Virus record (IMG/VR): IMGVR_UViG_3300047547_000347
Span: 1-46,967 of that record
Source of the DNA: a virus
Lineage: Duplodnaviria; Caudoviricetes
Direction: 5' to 3' (one strand)
DNA length: 46,967 bases
Shown: positions 1-8,968 of the stretch, piece after piece
Layout: each line of letters begins with the position of its first letter
How positions within the stretch are numbered: the first letter of the stretch is position 1
The notes under the pieces: generated by a model
What the model saw: only the letters and a program-made list of their open reading frames with translations
What the model was told of the DNA's origin: nothing
The model's database searches: none
Position numbers and translations under genes: made by a program

Positions 1-495
1 TGTGCTGAGCGTGTTGAGTCGAAAGACGAGGCGATCATCATCACAGGTGACGATGATCTGTGGCAGTGTCTGACCAGCAATGTGAAGTGGTACAGTCCCA
101 CGCAGAAGCAGTTGATGACGCACGTCAGTTTCAAAGAAGAGTATTATGGGCTTGATCCGTGCCAATGGGCGGATGTGAAGGCACTGGCAGGCTGCAAAGG
201 TGATAATGTAGAAGGGGTTGAGGGGGTCGGAAACATTACAGCGGCAAAGTGGTTTCGCAATCAGCTCAAACCAGACTCCAAGGCATACCAGAACATCCTC
301 AGTAACCTGGACGTGCACAAGCGGAATGTATCGCTGGTGAGACTGCCGTTTCCGGGGTTGGTGCTACCGGAGTTGAAACCGGATGATCGGTCAGCTGAGA
401 AGATGATGAGAGTACAGCAGGAGCTGGGTATTCGCGACAGGCGACGTCCCCGGCCTGGTGTGGTCAAATCAGCAGTGAGAGGATTTGATGTATGA
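1..495 (+). CDS. 5'-3' exonuclease / flap endonuclease (Pol I N-terminal, T4 RNase H-like), 5' truncated by window
   Basis: Frame 1 is open from base 1. IITGDDDLWQC motif and H3TH motif ALAGCKGDNVEGVEGVG. Confidence 0.88.
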   Translation, partial: CAERVESKDEAIIITGDDDLWQCLTSNVKWYSPTQKQLMTHVSFKEEYYGLDPCQWADVKALAGCKGDNVEGVEGVGNITAAKWFRNQLKPDSKAYQNILSNLDVHKRNVSLVRLPFPGLVLPELKPDDRSAEKMMRVQQELGIRDRRRPRPGVVKSAVRGFDV

Positions 496-725
496 GTGAG
501 GTCAAGTACACTCCGTGGCAGTGGGACTTCATTTGTCACCGACCCAGAACAGGCAGTACCTGGTGGAGAGGGAACTTCACTCTTGGTCTTCACATTGATA
601 GCCATCCTAGGTGGATTAATGTGATTGTGTGCCTGGTGTTTGTTGAGTTTGGCATCGGCTGGTATCGCGAAGCGGAGATCACGCAGCCGTACGACACCAT
701 CAATGGAATTCCTTGGCAGCAATGA
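492..725 (+). CDS. hypothetical protein
   Basis: ATGA overlap with upstream stop, GAGG upstream; Trp-rich 77 aa. Confidence 0.55.
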   Translation: MSEVKYTPWQWDFICHRPRTGSTWWRGNFTLGLHIDSHPRWINVIVCLVFVEFGIGWYREAEITQPYDTINGIPWQQ

Positions 726-964
726 GATTAAAACCACTCTGGGACTTTCGTGGATTTTTCAAGAGTTGGCGACCATCTAATCGCCCTGTGCAGTATCGGT
801 GGTGGCCGATACGCATTGGTTGGTGTGCGGGTGGTAATCACGCTCTGTTGTGCTGGCATGGGTGGCCTGATAAGGGTGCAGAGATTTGGCCTGATGCCAC
901 TTACAAGACGTGTGGTTGGACTCTGCACATTGGCTATCTTAGGATAAAATTTGGACGTCCATGA
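722..964 (+). CDS. hypothetical protein
   Basis: ATGA overlaps at both ends; Trp-rich. Confidence 0.5.
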   Translation: MRLKPLWDFRGFFKSWRPSNRPVQYRWWPIRIGWCAGGNHALLCWHGWPDKGAEIWPDATYKTCGWTLHIGYLRIKFGRP

Positions 965-1455
965 GTGTCCTCTGCCTGGACATCGCGACCACGACGGGTT
1001 GGGCTCTATGGGGCTCGACGTTCGCTGCGCCGCGGTCGGGTTTCGTCTACTTCAAGTCTGAGGAAACCAATGGTCACCGGCTGTTGAACTTCTGGCGGTT
1101 CCTCAACATACCGAGGAACATCGACTGCATCTACTATGAGAAGCCTGGTTCTTTCCAGGGCCGCGGGCATGCGAATAAGGTCGTACCGCACTTGATTGGT
1201 GTGCTGGAGCTGTGGGCTGCACTGCACGAGGTGCCGCTTGAGGGGGTTAGCCCATCTACGCTGAAGAAGTTCGCAACGGGCAGGGGTAACAAAGTCTCCA
1301 AGAATCAAATGCTCCAGGCGGCCTGTTGTATGTGGAGTCGTCAGGTGCAGGATCACAATGAGGCGGACGCACTCGTCCTTCTTGCATACGCGATGAAGTT
1401 GAATGATTATCAGCCGGCCTGTCTCACCTTCCCATCAACAGCTTCAGCTGTTTGA
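961..1455 (+). CDS. ruvC: RuvC-like Holliday junction resolvase
   Basis: VLCLDIATTTGWA, YYEKP, SPSTLKKFATGRG and DHNEADAL match the RuvC acidic catalytic pattern. Confidence 0.85.
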   Translation: MSVLCLDIATTTGWALWGSTFAAPRSGFVYFKSEETNGHRLLNFWRFLNIPRNIDCIYYEKPGSFQGRGHANKVVPHLIGVLELWAALHEVPLEGVSPSTLKKFATGRGNKVSKNQMLQAACCMWSRQVQDHNEADALVLLAYAMKLNDYQPACLTFPSTASAV

Positions 1456-2032
1456 TCGACCCATCAAGAGCATTGCTTCTGCTCGGACGTCGGTGGGTTC
1501 TTTCTACGAAGACTTGACCGCCCGCGTGCTGGGTGGTCAGCGGCACGTCTGCTCTTCATCTTCTGAGTATTGTCCAGATGTGTCCATCGGTGAACACATC
1601 TACCTGGAGTGCAAATCAGTCGGGTTCACGAGCAAGGTCATTATCTACCACGGCCGGTTGGATAAGGACTTTGATTTCAGCACCACTCACCTGTTGTTCT
1701 ACGCAGTGTGGCGGCATGCGGTGCGAGTGAAGCCTTACCAGACTGTGGAGGATTTGCATGCTGCACTGTTGATAGGGACGCAGTGGCTGGCTATCGTGCC
1801 GTTTGATGAGATTTGGAGGTTGGCCCATGAGCAAAAACTGGTGAAGCTCAACTCCAAATCGAATTACATCACTGGGTACCAGATACCCATCAAGCACATT
1901 GAAAAGTGGAAGTTTATGGAGTGGCGGTATGCAGGCGAAAACCACTTGTCGCTGCCCAGGCAGAAGTTTTCGCGAAAAGGGCGACAAGTGGGTGTGCCTG
2001 TCGAGGCCGATGCCGCCCAAGAAGTCATTTAG
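1403..2032 (+). CDS. putative PD-(D/E)XK nuclease-like protein
   Basis: FYE...CPDV...YLECKS pattern; start uncertain. Confidence 0.5.
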   Translation: MIISRPVSPSHQQLQLFDRPIKSIASARTSVGSFYEDLTARVLGGQRHVCSSSSEYCPDVSIGEHIYLECKSVGFTSKVIIYHGRLDKDFDFSTTHLLFYAVWRHAVRVKPYQTVEDLHAALLIGTQWLAIVPFDEIWRLAHEQKLVKLNSKSNYITGYQIPIKHIEKWKFMEWRYAGENHLSLPRQKFSRKGRQVGVPVEADAAQEVI

Positions 2033-2476
2033 ACTCAAGTGCCTTAGGTGTGGATGGAAGTGGTGGTCCCGTTGTCGATATGTCGAGCAATTGCCGGACC
2101 ACGTTGAGCAGTGTCGGTCGGGGTTGACTGATGAGGATGTGTTGCAACGCCTCCTTGATGGCACACTGGTGGTGAGTAGGGTCGGTGTGCAGTCTTACAA
2201 TTTACAGCGGTGGAGCGGTTGGATCACACTCAAGGTAGAGTACCGCTCATCTAACGGCAGTCCTGAATATCGCTTCGCACGATCTGTGCCCGTGGCAAGA
2301 AGAAGAAGGTCGCACTGCATCGGTTGGTGTGGATGGCAAATGAAAAGAGAGTTCCACCGTCAGGCTATGATGTGCATCACAGGCGGCATGATGTGCTGCA
2401 TCCAGATAGGTTCAGCAATTTGTTGCTGGTGCCTTCTTCTGTCAATCGATCGCGTCAAGTAGAAGACGATTGGTGA
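2010..2476 (+). pseudogene. HNH endonuclease interrupted by a 1-nt frameshift near 2278
   Basis: ATG 2010 frame reads to ...SPEYRFA. The -1 frame from 2279 reads TICARGKKKKVALHRLVWM...GYDVHHR..D...DRFSNLLLV...VN...W* and ends in a GTGA overlap with the next gene. Confidence 0.75.
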
Positions 2477-3615
2477 TTCGCACAGCACTCATCCAGAACT
2501 TTCAGGCACACGAAAAACTTCGTGTTGACTTCGACCCGCACGTGACGACGATTGTCGGGTCGTCCGATATCGGGAAGTCCGCGATCATTCGTGCACTGCG
2601 GTGGGTGTGCCAGAACTTCCCGCAAGGTGTGGACTTTATTCGGGAAGGCTCTTCCGGTTGCACCGTCAAGCTCCTTGTGGATGACTACTCAGTCACTCGC
2701 AAGCGTGGTGTGACTGGTGACAATCTCTACTTCTTGAACGATCGGGAGTTCAAGGCGTTCGGAACTGGAGTGCCTGAGCCCATTGTAAAACTGCTCAACG
2801 TCAACGATGTGAACTTCCAGGGGCAGCACGATTCATCTTTCTGGCTGTCACTGTCGGCCGGTGAGGTGTCGAGGCAATTGAATGCTGTTGTTGATCTCAG
2901 CATCATCGACACGTCGCTTGAGAACATTAATCGGAGGATGCGGCAGGCTTCCGATCAAGTCGATGCTCGGCGTGCTGTTGTTGAGCAGGCGAAGATTAAG
3001 AGAGATGAGTTGGTCTGGGTCGAAGAAGCACATACCGACTTACAAGCGGTCGAAACCGTGCACACTCAGCACCGCGTAGCCACCGCGTCTGCGGTACGGT
3101 TGCGGGCCCAGGTGCATAGTGCACGATCCCAACGGGGCCACCAGCAAGCCGCAACGCAGCACCTGGAATACCTGAAAAAGGTAGGTAAGGCCGCGAGCCA
3201 GTTGTTGCAGGTAGGTACGCAGCGTAGAAGAATCAAATTCTTGGTTGATTCTGCGGTTCAGCGTCGAGATTTAGTGCAGCAGGGCGTACCTGACTTGGTG
3301 GTTTTGGTCGCCAATGCTGAGTCATGTCGATTGGCCCAAGATCAAATCAAGAAGTTGTACGGGATTCTCAATCCGCTCCGGCGTGCTCGGCGTACGATTG
3401 ATGGTGGTGTGCCTGATGTGAGTGGATTGGAGAAGGTGCACCGAGAGTATGTCGCAGTCGGCAAACAGGTTAATCGTTTGCTCTACAAATTGGAAAGTCT
3501 GAAGACGACTCGACGCGACTTGGTTGAGTATCGCCGAAGATTGCAAATGGCTGAGACTGAATTGCAAGAAAAGACACAAGGGCGGTGCCCGGTATGCGGG
3601 CAGCCGATGAAGTGA
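2473..3615 (+). CDS. SbcC/Rad50 (gp46-like) ATPase, N-terminal half
   Basis: QNFQAH, Walker A GSSDIGKS, Q-loop NFQGQ, coiled coil, terminal CPVCG zinc hook. No Walker B. Confidence 0.88.
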   Translation: MIRTALIQNFQAHEKLRVDFDPHVTTIVGSSDIGKSAIIRALRWVCQNFPQGVDFIREGSSGCTVKLLVDDYSVTRKRGVTGDNLYFLNDREFKAFGTGVPEPIVKLLNVNDVNFQGQHDSSFWLSLSAGEVSRQLNAVVDLSIIDTSLENINRRMRQASDQVDARRAVVEQAKIKRDELVWVEEAHTDLQAVETVHTQHRVATASAVRLRAQVHSARSQRGHQQAATQHLEYLKKVGKAASQLLQVGTQRRRIKFLVDSAVQRRDLVQQGVPDLVVLVANAESCRLAQDQIKKLYGILNPLRRARRTIDGGVPDVSGLEKVHREYVAVGKQVNRLLYKLESLKTTRRDLVEYRRRLQMAETELQEKTQGRCPVCGQPMK

Positions 3616-4538
3616 TGAAAGTCCTCGCGATACTCTGCTCTGATATCCACCTCTGCCACCTAGCACCGGTTGCCAGGTCGGCAGAGCCGGATTGGTATGC
3701 CGCGATGAAGCGCCCGCTGGAGCAGCTCTGGCAATTGTCATCTGCTCAAGGTGCTCCGTTAGTCATTGCAGGTGATATCTTCGATCGTTGGGACACGAAA
3801 CGTGAAGGTCAGCCGGAGCTCACCAATTTTGCGATTGAGGTGTTCAGTCAATTCAACTGGGGTGTGTTTGCAATCCCTGGTCAGCACGATCTGCCCAATC
3901 ATCGCCTGGATGAGATTCATCGATCAGCCTTTTGGACGTTGATACGGTCTGGTAAGGTGCAGATGCTGAAGCCGGGATACGAGTCACGTATCGGCCGTCT
4001 CGCACTGCATGGCTTTCCCTGGGGCGTGCCAGTAAAACCGAAGGTGGAATTGTCGTCGGGTGTAGTTCATCTGGCTGTTGTCCATGCCTACATCTGGAAG
4101 GCCGGGTGCAGCTACCCAGGTGCCGACGAAGAGCAGCACGCCGTCAAGTACCAGGCCAAACTCAAGGGATTCTCCGCAGCAGTGTTTGGAGACAACCACA
4201 AAGGATTTATGATAGGTGATCGGCTAATGAATTGCGGCACGCTGCTGCGTCGCAAATCAGACGAGAAGGACTATCGACCGCAGGTTGGATTGCTGTACGA
4301 CGACGGTCACATCGAGCCGCATTTCTTAGACACGTCGGCAGATCGATTCCTGGAAGAGCCTTCTGCCAAAGTGGTAGGAGAGGAGTCGGATGCCGACGTG
4401 TCGAGTTTTCTTGACCACCTCAAGCGGCTGAAGGCTGATCCACTCAACTTTCGTGAGGCGGTGACGCGAGCCCTTGACCAGAAGAACTTGCCGCCCGAGA
4501 GTAATGTCCGGCGGTTTGCATTGGAGAGCATGGCGTGA
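3612..4538 (+). CDS. SbcD/Mre11 (gp47-like) metallophosphoesterase nuclease
   Basis: SDIH, AGDIFD, PGQHD, VVH and GDNH motifs. Confidence 0.9.
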   Translation: MMKVLAILCSDIHLCHLAPVARSAEPDWYAAMKRPLEQLWQLSSAQGAPLVIAGDIFDRWDTKREGQPELTNFAIEVFSQFNWGVFAIPGQHDLPNHRLDEIHRSAFWTLIRSGKVQMLKPGYESRIGRLALHGFPWGVPVKPKVELSSGVVHLAVVHAYIWKAGCSYPGADEEQHAVKYQAKLKGFSAAVFGDNHKGFMIGDRLMNCGTLLRRKSDEKDYRPQVGLLYDDGHIEPHFLDTSADRFLEEPSAKVVGEESDADVSSFLDHLKRLKADPLNFREAVTRALDQKNLPPESNVRRFALESMA

Positions 4539-4705
4539 CGGATCCCGATCTGGATTTCCTGCGGCAGTTTGTGGAAGATGTTCGGCAGCTTCGTGAGTAC
4601 CAGAAGGTCAAAGACCAGACTCGCGAAGACTACGATCTGGCTGTCTGTAAACGAGTTGAAGCCGAGATCGACGCCAAGCTGAATCTCATACCACGGAAGA
4701 TGTAG
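4535..4705 (+). CDS. hypothetical protein (56 aa, below ORF-track cutoff)
   Basis: GTGA overlap, GGAG RBS; MTDPDLDFLRQFVEDVRQLREYQK... Confidence 0.6.
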   Translation: MTDPDLDFLRQFVEDVRQLREYQKVKDQTREDYDLAVCKRVEAEIDAKLNLIPRKM

Positions 4706-4724
4706 TCAACTCGTAGGGCCGCAC

Positions 4725-4976
4725 ATGGCACGTGATGCTCCGGTCTACCTGCCTGATGAGGCGGACATCTACTACCGTGCCACGGCTGAGAAGTTTTTCA
4801 AGGTCCGCCATTGGGATGTCCGTGTCGTCAACCAGATCATGCTGCATGACAATCCATCCATAGACGCTGTGGAGAGATTGGTGCGTGTGTATGGTGAGGA
4901 CTACGCCTACCAACTCATTCAGAGGGTGAACAGTGATCAGTATCGAAGAGTACGAGAAGATCAAGAAGAAGGCTGA
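4725..4976 (+). CDS. hypothetical protein
   Basis: 83-aa ORF filling the gap in the operon. Confidence 0.55.
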   Translation: MARDAPVYLPDEADIYYRATAEKFFKVRHWDVRVVNQIMLHDNPSIDAVERLVRVYGEDYAYQLIQRVNSDQYRRVREDQEEG

Positions 4977-5178
4977 TGAGCGTCGCAACGCCGTCGCTCA
5001 GGCCGAAGGCGCCTTGGAGCAGCTCTTGAAAGACTTGAAGGAGCACCACGGGTGTGACTCCATCGAGGCGGCTGAAGCACTGTTAGCCAAACTGGAAAAA
5101 GAGGAGAAGGAACTCGAGGCGGCGTACAATACGGAAGTTGCTGCCTACAAAGAGAAGTGGGGAGAGCTGCTGAAATGA
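4933..5178 (+). CDS. small coiled-coil protein, possibly associated with split SbcC
   Basis: Highly charged heptad-like helix; GAGG RBS. Confidence 0.7.
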   Translation: MISIEEYEKIKKKADERRNAVAQAEGALEQLLKDLKEHHGCDSIEAAEALLAKLEKEEKELEAAYNTEVAAYKEKWGELLK

Positions 5179-5342
5179 GCCGATACCGACCTGCCGATTT
5201 GAAACCTGGTGACGCCTTCTTCTTAATGGCTGTCACTTTTTATCTCTGGCATAAGGCAGGCGGCAGTTGGTGGGTGTTTCTTCTGTTTGGGTTTATTGGC
5301 GGGCTCATCAACGCCTTCTACAGGTGCCGGAATCCAGAATGA
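5175..5342 (+). CDS. small membrane protein
   Basis: ATGA overlaps; two short hydrophobic segments. Confidence 0.55.
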   Translation: MSRYRPADLKPGDAFFLMAVTFYLWHKAGGSWWVFLLFGFIGGLINAFYRCRNPE

Positions 5343-5629
5343 CAATCGAAGAACACACGGTACTCGCAGAGCGACTGACAAAGGCCGATGCGATTAAATC
5401 GCGGTGGGAGGCCTTGAAGTCAGAACGGGTGCGGATTGGGGCTACATATTCGTTTTTCATTCAAGAGCGTTTGGTGGCCACCAATATGGGGCCGATGGGA
5501 GGATTTGGTCTGACGCTCCCGGCGGCGGTGGATCGTGCTATCACTCTGCGTGAAACCATTCGATTGGAGTTGCGTCAGCTGTATGATGAGGCAATCAGGG
5601 TGCTCGAAGAGGAGTATGCTGCACTGTGA
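5339..5629 (+). CDS. hypothetical protein
   Basis: ATGA/GTGA overlaps; starts MTIEEH. Confidence 0.6.
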   Translation: MTIEEHTVLAERLTKADAIKSRWEALKSERVRIGATYSFFIQERLVATNMGPMGGFGLTLPAAVDRAITLRETIRLELRQLYDEAIRVLEEEYAAL

Positions 5630-6231
5630 TTACTCCAGCAGAAGATGTCCTTGACCTGCGAGCCATTGTCGAACGCAAACGGATTGAGCAGGCGTCCGCA
5701 GTAGGCTCACTCAAAACGGCCCGTGAGCTGTTGATGCAGGCAGACGACTACTACACGGAGGTGCAGGAGGCTCACGCACTCATCCAGTTGGTTGCTCAGG
5801 CTGTGCAGCAGGAAGCACATCAGCAAATCGCCGGCGTAGTCAGCCAGTGCCTGGAGTCTGTCTTCGACGACCCATACGAATTCCAGATTGGGTTTGATCG
5901 CAAGAGAGGCCGCACAGAGGCAGAGTTGTTATTTGTGCGGGAAGACATCAAAGTCGACCCGCTCACAGGGTCAGGTGGCGGTGCAGTAGATGTGGCGGCA
6001 TTCGCACTGCGGCTGGCGTGCCTGGTGCTGTCACGGCCTGCGATACGCCCATTACTCGTGCTGGATGAGCCGTGGAAGCATCTATCTACCAGATATCGTC
6101 CTCGACTTCGTGTTCTGGTACAAAAGTTGGCTGAGGATTTTGGAGTGCAGTTTGTTATCGTGACACACTCTGATGAGTTCAAGATAGGGAAGATAGTAGA
6201 TTTGGGTGATGGGGATAATCTACCTAGCTAA
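5626..6231 (+). CDS. SbcC/Rad50 ATPase, C-terminal half
   Basis: Short coiled coil, signature-like SGGG, Walker B LLVLDEP, H-loop VIVTHS. No Walker A. Confidence 0.88.
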   Translation: MITPAEDVLDLRAIVERKRIEQASAVGSLKTARELLMQADDYYTEVQEAHALIQLVAQAVQQEAHQQIAGVVSQCLESVFDDPYEFQIGFDRKRGRTEAELLFVREDIKVDPLTGSGGGAVDVAAFALRLACLVLSRPAIRPLLVLDEPWKHLSTRYRPRLRVLVQKLAEDFGVQFVIVTHSDEFKIGKIVDLGDGDNLPS

Positions 6232-6898
6232 GAATTTGACCAACGGGAAGAAGTACGTAGGTCAAACGATTCACTCTACCCATGAGCGTCGCGGGTATCG
6301 TCGAATTTCGCAGAAGCCACTTTCTGCAAATGATAGATACTTTGAGCGGGCTCTGAAGAAGTACGGTTATGATGGATTTGAGTGGCGGATTTTGTTCGAT
6401 GGTGTGACTCCTGAGGAGATGGACGTTCTTGAGATTGAATGTATGCAGGTTTATGAAACTCTCCATCCTAAGGGATACAATCTCAGAACTGGTGGCCGAG
6501 CAGGAGGTGCCCATGCCCGACCAACACGAATCAAGTTGATCATTGCTCAACTTAGACGTGACCCCGCTACAAGAAAGCACACAGCAGAAGCAAAAGCCAA
6601 GATAGCCGAATCTAATAGACGTCGAGGTGTGTCGCAGGCAACACGTCTGAAGATTTGTAGGTCAGTGGCGAAGATCAAGGAGGAAGATGTTGTCACAATC
6701 AGAGAGCGCTACGCTGCTGGGGAGCTACCGCAGCACATTGCAGTAGATTACGGCTGTAAACGGGACAACATTATTGCCATTGTGAAGGGTACCTCATGGA
6801 AGTATGTGGGCGGTCCCTTAGGGGCTCGGCCAAGAGGTGCTCGATGTGGTGAGCAGAATCCTCGATGGCGGGGCGGTAAGAAGAAACAAGAAGATTGA
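6206..6898 (+). CDS. GIY-YIG homing endonuclease with NUMOD3-like and HTH-like tail
   Basis: GIIY...NGKKYVGQT, ALKKYG..F.W, GYN, KHTAEAKAKI. Confidence 0.88.
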   Translation: MMGIIYLAKNLTNGKKYVGQTIHSTHERRGYRRISQKPLSANDRYFERALKKYGYDGFEWRILFDGVTPEEMDVLEIECMQVYETLHPKGYNLRTGGRAGGAHARPTRIKLIIAQLRRDPATRKHTAEAKAKIAESNRRRGVSQATRLKICRSVAKIKEEDVVTIRERYAAGELPQHIAVDYGCKRDNIIAIVKGTSWKYVGGPLGARPRGARCGEQNPRWRGGKKKQED

Positions 6899-6901
6899 TT
6901 C

Positions 6902-7384
6902 ATGTTCAGCATGGTGTACGGCGATCTCTGGAACTACCACCCCAATGACTGGATTGTCATTACGACAAACCTGGGATGGAAGCAGGATGGTAGTGCCGTG
7001 ATGGGTGCTGGTCTCGCTAAAGATGTCGATGACCGGTACCCAGAAGTTGCACGGTGGTACGGTGCGAAGAACCGCTGGCGTGATACGCATCAGCCGTTGG
7101 TGGACTTGTACCACCCGAAGAAACTGATCATGCTGCCCACGAAGAAACTCAACTACGCCAAACCATTCTTGTCCTGGAAGTTCGACTCAGACGTAGAGTT
7201 GATTGAGCAGTCGCTTAAAAGCATGGTCGCTGAAGTGGAGAAGTTCGGTGCCCCTGGCATTCAAGAAGTTTACCTCAGTCCGCCTGGATGCAGCAATGGA
7301 AATCTGAAGTACGGTGACGTGAGTCAGATGCTGTTTGATGTGCTGGGACCGTCCAAAGTGGCATTTGTGATTGTGAGGCGATGA
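6902..7384 (+). CDS. macrodomain (ADP-ribose binding/processing) protein
   Basis: YGDLW, IVITTN, AVMGAGLAK..RYP, LPTK and PPGCSNG match short phage macrodomains. Confidence 0.8.
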   Translation: MFSMVYGDLWNYHPNDWIVITTNLGWKQDGSAVMGAGLAKDVDDRYPEVARWYGAKNRWRDTHQPLVDLYHPKKLIMLPTKKLNYAKPFLSWKFDSDVELIEQSLKSMVAEVEKFGAPGIQEVYLSPPGCSNGNLKYGDVSQMLFDVLGPSKVAFVIVRR

Positions 7385-7809
7385 TGGAATCTGTCTTTAC
7401 TTCCGTTGAAGCTGAACTGGAAGATCTCAAGGGGTACATCGCCAGCTGTATAGCGATGCTGGAAGGTGAAGGCAAGGGACTGTTGGCTGTTCAGATTGGT
7501 CGCATTAAGGAGGAAAATGATCGGCTGAAAGGGAAGTGCCGTAATCTTGAGGCGGCAATCCGCAAGCATCGGGATGAGCGAGGTGACGATCGTTGTTGGA
7601 AGGATGACGAAGAACTCTATCAGGTCCTTTCAGAAGGATACACACCGCCTGAACGTGATACGGCTGTTGAACTGCACAATTGTGAGAAGTTCATCGCCTG
7701 CCGTCAGAACCCAGCGACGGTGTATGTCAGCCCGCAGCGACGTATTGAGGAATTGTTACAGGAAAACGAACGACTACGAAGACGCACTGAAGGATTTGAT
7801 CCAGCATAG
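7381..7809 (+). CDS. hypothetical coiled-coil protein
   Basis: ATGA overlap; 142 aa; RGDDRCWKDD core. Confidence 0.7.
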   Translation: MMESVFTSVEAELEDLKGYIASCIAMLEGEGKGLLAVQIGRIKEENDRLKGKCRNLEAAIRKHRDERGDDRCWKDDEELYQVLSEGYTPPERDTAVELHNCEKFIACRQNPATVYVSPQRRIEELLQENERLRRRTEGFDPA

Positions 7810-7821
7810 GCAGGCACAAAC

Positions 7822-8028
7822 ATGATGTTGACGATACATGAAGAACAGCTAAGGGAGTCTGCCGCCCGGTGGGATGCACTTATGCGGTCAGGCCGTATCA
7901 GGATCATCGGTAGCACGACTGATGGCAATCACATTGGTGTAGAGTTCTGGAGAGACTATCCGATTGAACTAGAAGCATCTGATACAGCCCGATTGCGATT
8001 GATGGAGTACGCTGATAGCTTGAGATAA
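7822..8028 (+). CDS. hypothetical protein
   Basis: 68-aa ORF ending the block. Confidence 0.55.
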   Translation: MMLTIHEEQLRESAARWDALMRSGRIRIIGSTTDGNHIGVEFWRDYPIELEASDTARLRLMEYADSLR

Positions 8029-8075
8029 TGACTGAGCCAGTCACGTAACACTCGTAACATTCCAAAATACTCGGC

Positions 8076-8105
8076 TTGAATGTCTACGTACCTGATGGTT
8101 AAGGT
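8076..8105 (+). promoter_or_regulatory. possible sigma70-like promoter
   Basis: TTGAAT-18nt-TAAGGT in an AT-richer intergenic gap. Confidence 0.3.
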
Positions 8106-8146
8106 ATGTGGACTCATTTCATGATTCTGGTGAAAGTGGATTTCTA

Positions 8147-8968
8147 ATGCCGAGACGGAAGAAAAAGCTGGTTGGCAAGATCGCCGAGAACAATGCCATG
8201 CGGGAGGCACGGCTGACTCGGATAGAGGACATGCTATTACGTGGTATCAAGAACCAGGCGGTGATAGCGAGAGCGTTTGGCGTCAGTGAGTGTCAGATCA
8301 GTAAGGACGTGACGAAGATCAGGGAGCGGTGGGGGCAGCGTGATCCTGATAAGAAGGAGATGCAGAAGCAGGAACGACTGGTGCAGTTGGAGGACATACT
8401 GCGGCAGGCACTGAATGCGTTCGACCGTAGTAGACGTGACATTGAAGACTACAAGGTGATTGTGACGCCGTGTGAAGGTTGTGGTGCGACTGGCAACTAC
8501 ACGAACAAGGACGGTATGAGTGAGCCGTGTAGGCGGTGCGGCGGGAAGGGTAAGCATGTCCAGGAGACGACTACGGTGAAGGAGTCGCCGGGTGATCCGT
8601 CATTCCTGAAGCTGGCCAAAGAGTGTGTGATGGACGCTGCACGGTTACAGGGTGTGGTGACGGATGGTAAGGTGGGCATGCTGCGTACCGTGGCTGAGAC
8701 AGAAGGCATCGGTGGTACTACTCGTGAGAGTGTGGAGCTGTTCTACGCTGATGTGCCGGCCGACGACATCATTGGCGCCATGGTCGCACTGGATAAGCTG
8801 CGGAACCGCCAGAAGAAAAAGTTGGAAAACTCTCCAATTATCACGACGGCCGTGCAGACTCAGGCGTATGATGAGGATGTAATACCTGCACAGCATACGG
8901 AGAACAGCAGTGAAGATCAGCGTACCGAACGCAGTGGCGGAAAAGCTGAAGAAGACGTTGACGGATGA
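8147..8968 (+). CDS. HTH DNA-binding protein with CxxCxxxG zinc finger; candidate terminase small subunit
   Basis: QAVIARAFGVSECQISKDV HTH, helical segment, CEGCGATG...CRRCGGKG, GDPSFL. Confidence 0.55.
   Translation: MPRRKKKLVGKIAENNAMREARLTRIEDMLLRGIKNQAVIARAFGVSECQISKDVTKIRERWGQRDPDKKEMQKQERLVQLEDILRQALNAFDRSRRDIEDYKVIVTPCEGCGATGNYTNKDGMSEPCRRCGGKGKHVQETTTVKESPGDPSFLKLAKECVMDAARLQGVVTDGKVGMLRTVAETEGIGGTTRESVELFYADVPADDIIGAMVALDKLRNRQKKKLENSPIITTAVQTQAYDEDVIPAQHTENSSEDQRTERSGGKAEEDVDG

Noticed and set aside
1899-2462. 187-aa ORF as listed in the track
   Set aside because: Its C-terminal part is off-frame; the HNH reading in the -1 frame with start 2010 explains the region better.
3615-5626. 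Intron or intein explanation for the split SbcC
   Set aside because: The interval holds Mre11 and ordinary coupled ORFs; no intein terminal residues or group I/II intron features seen.
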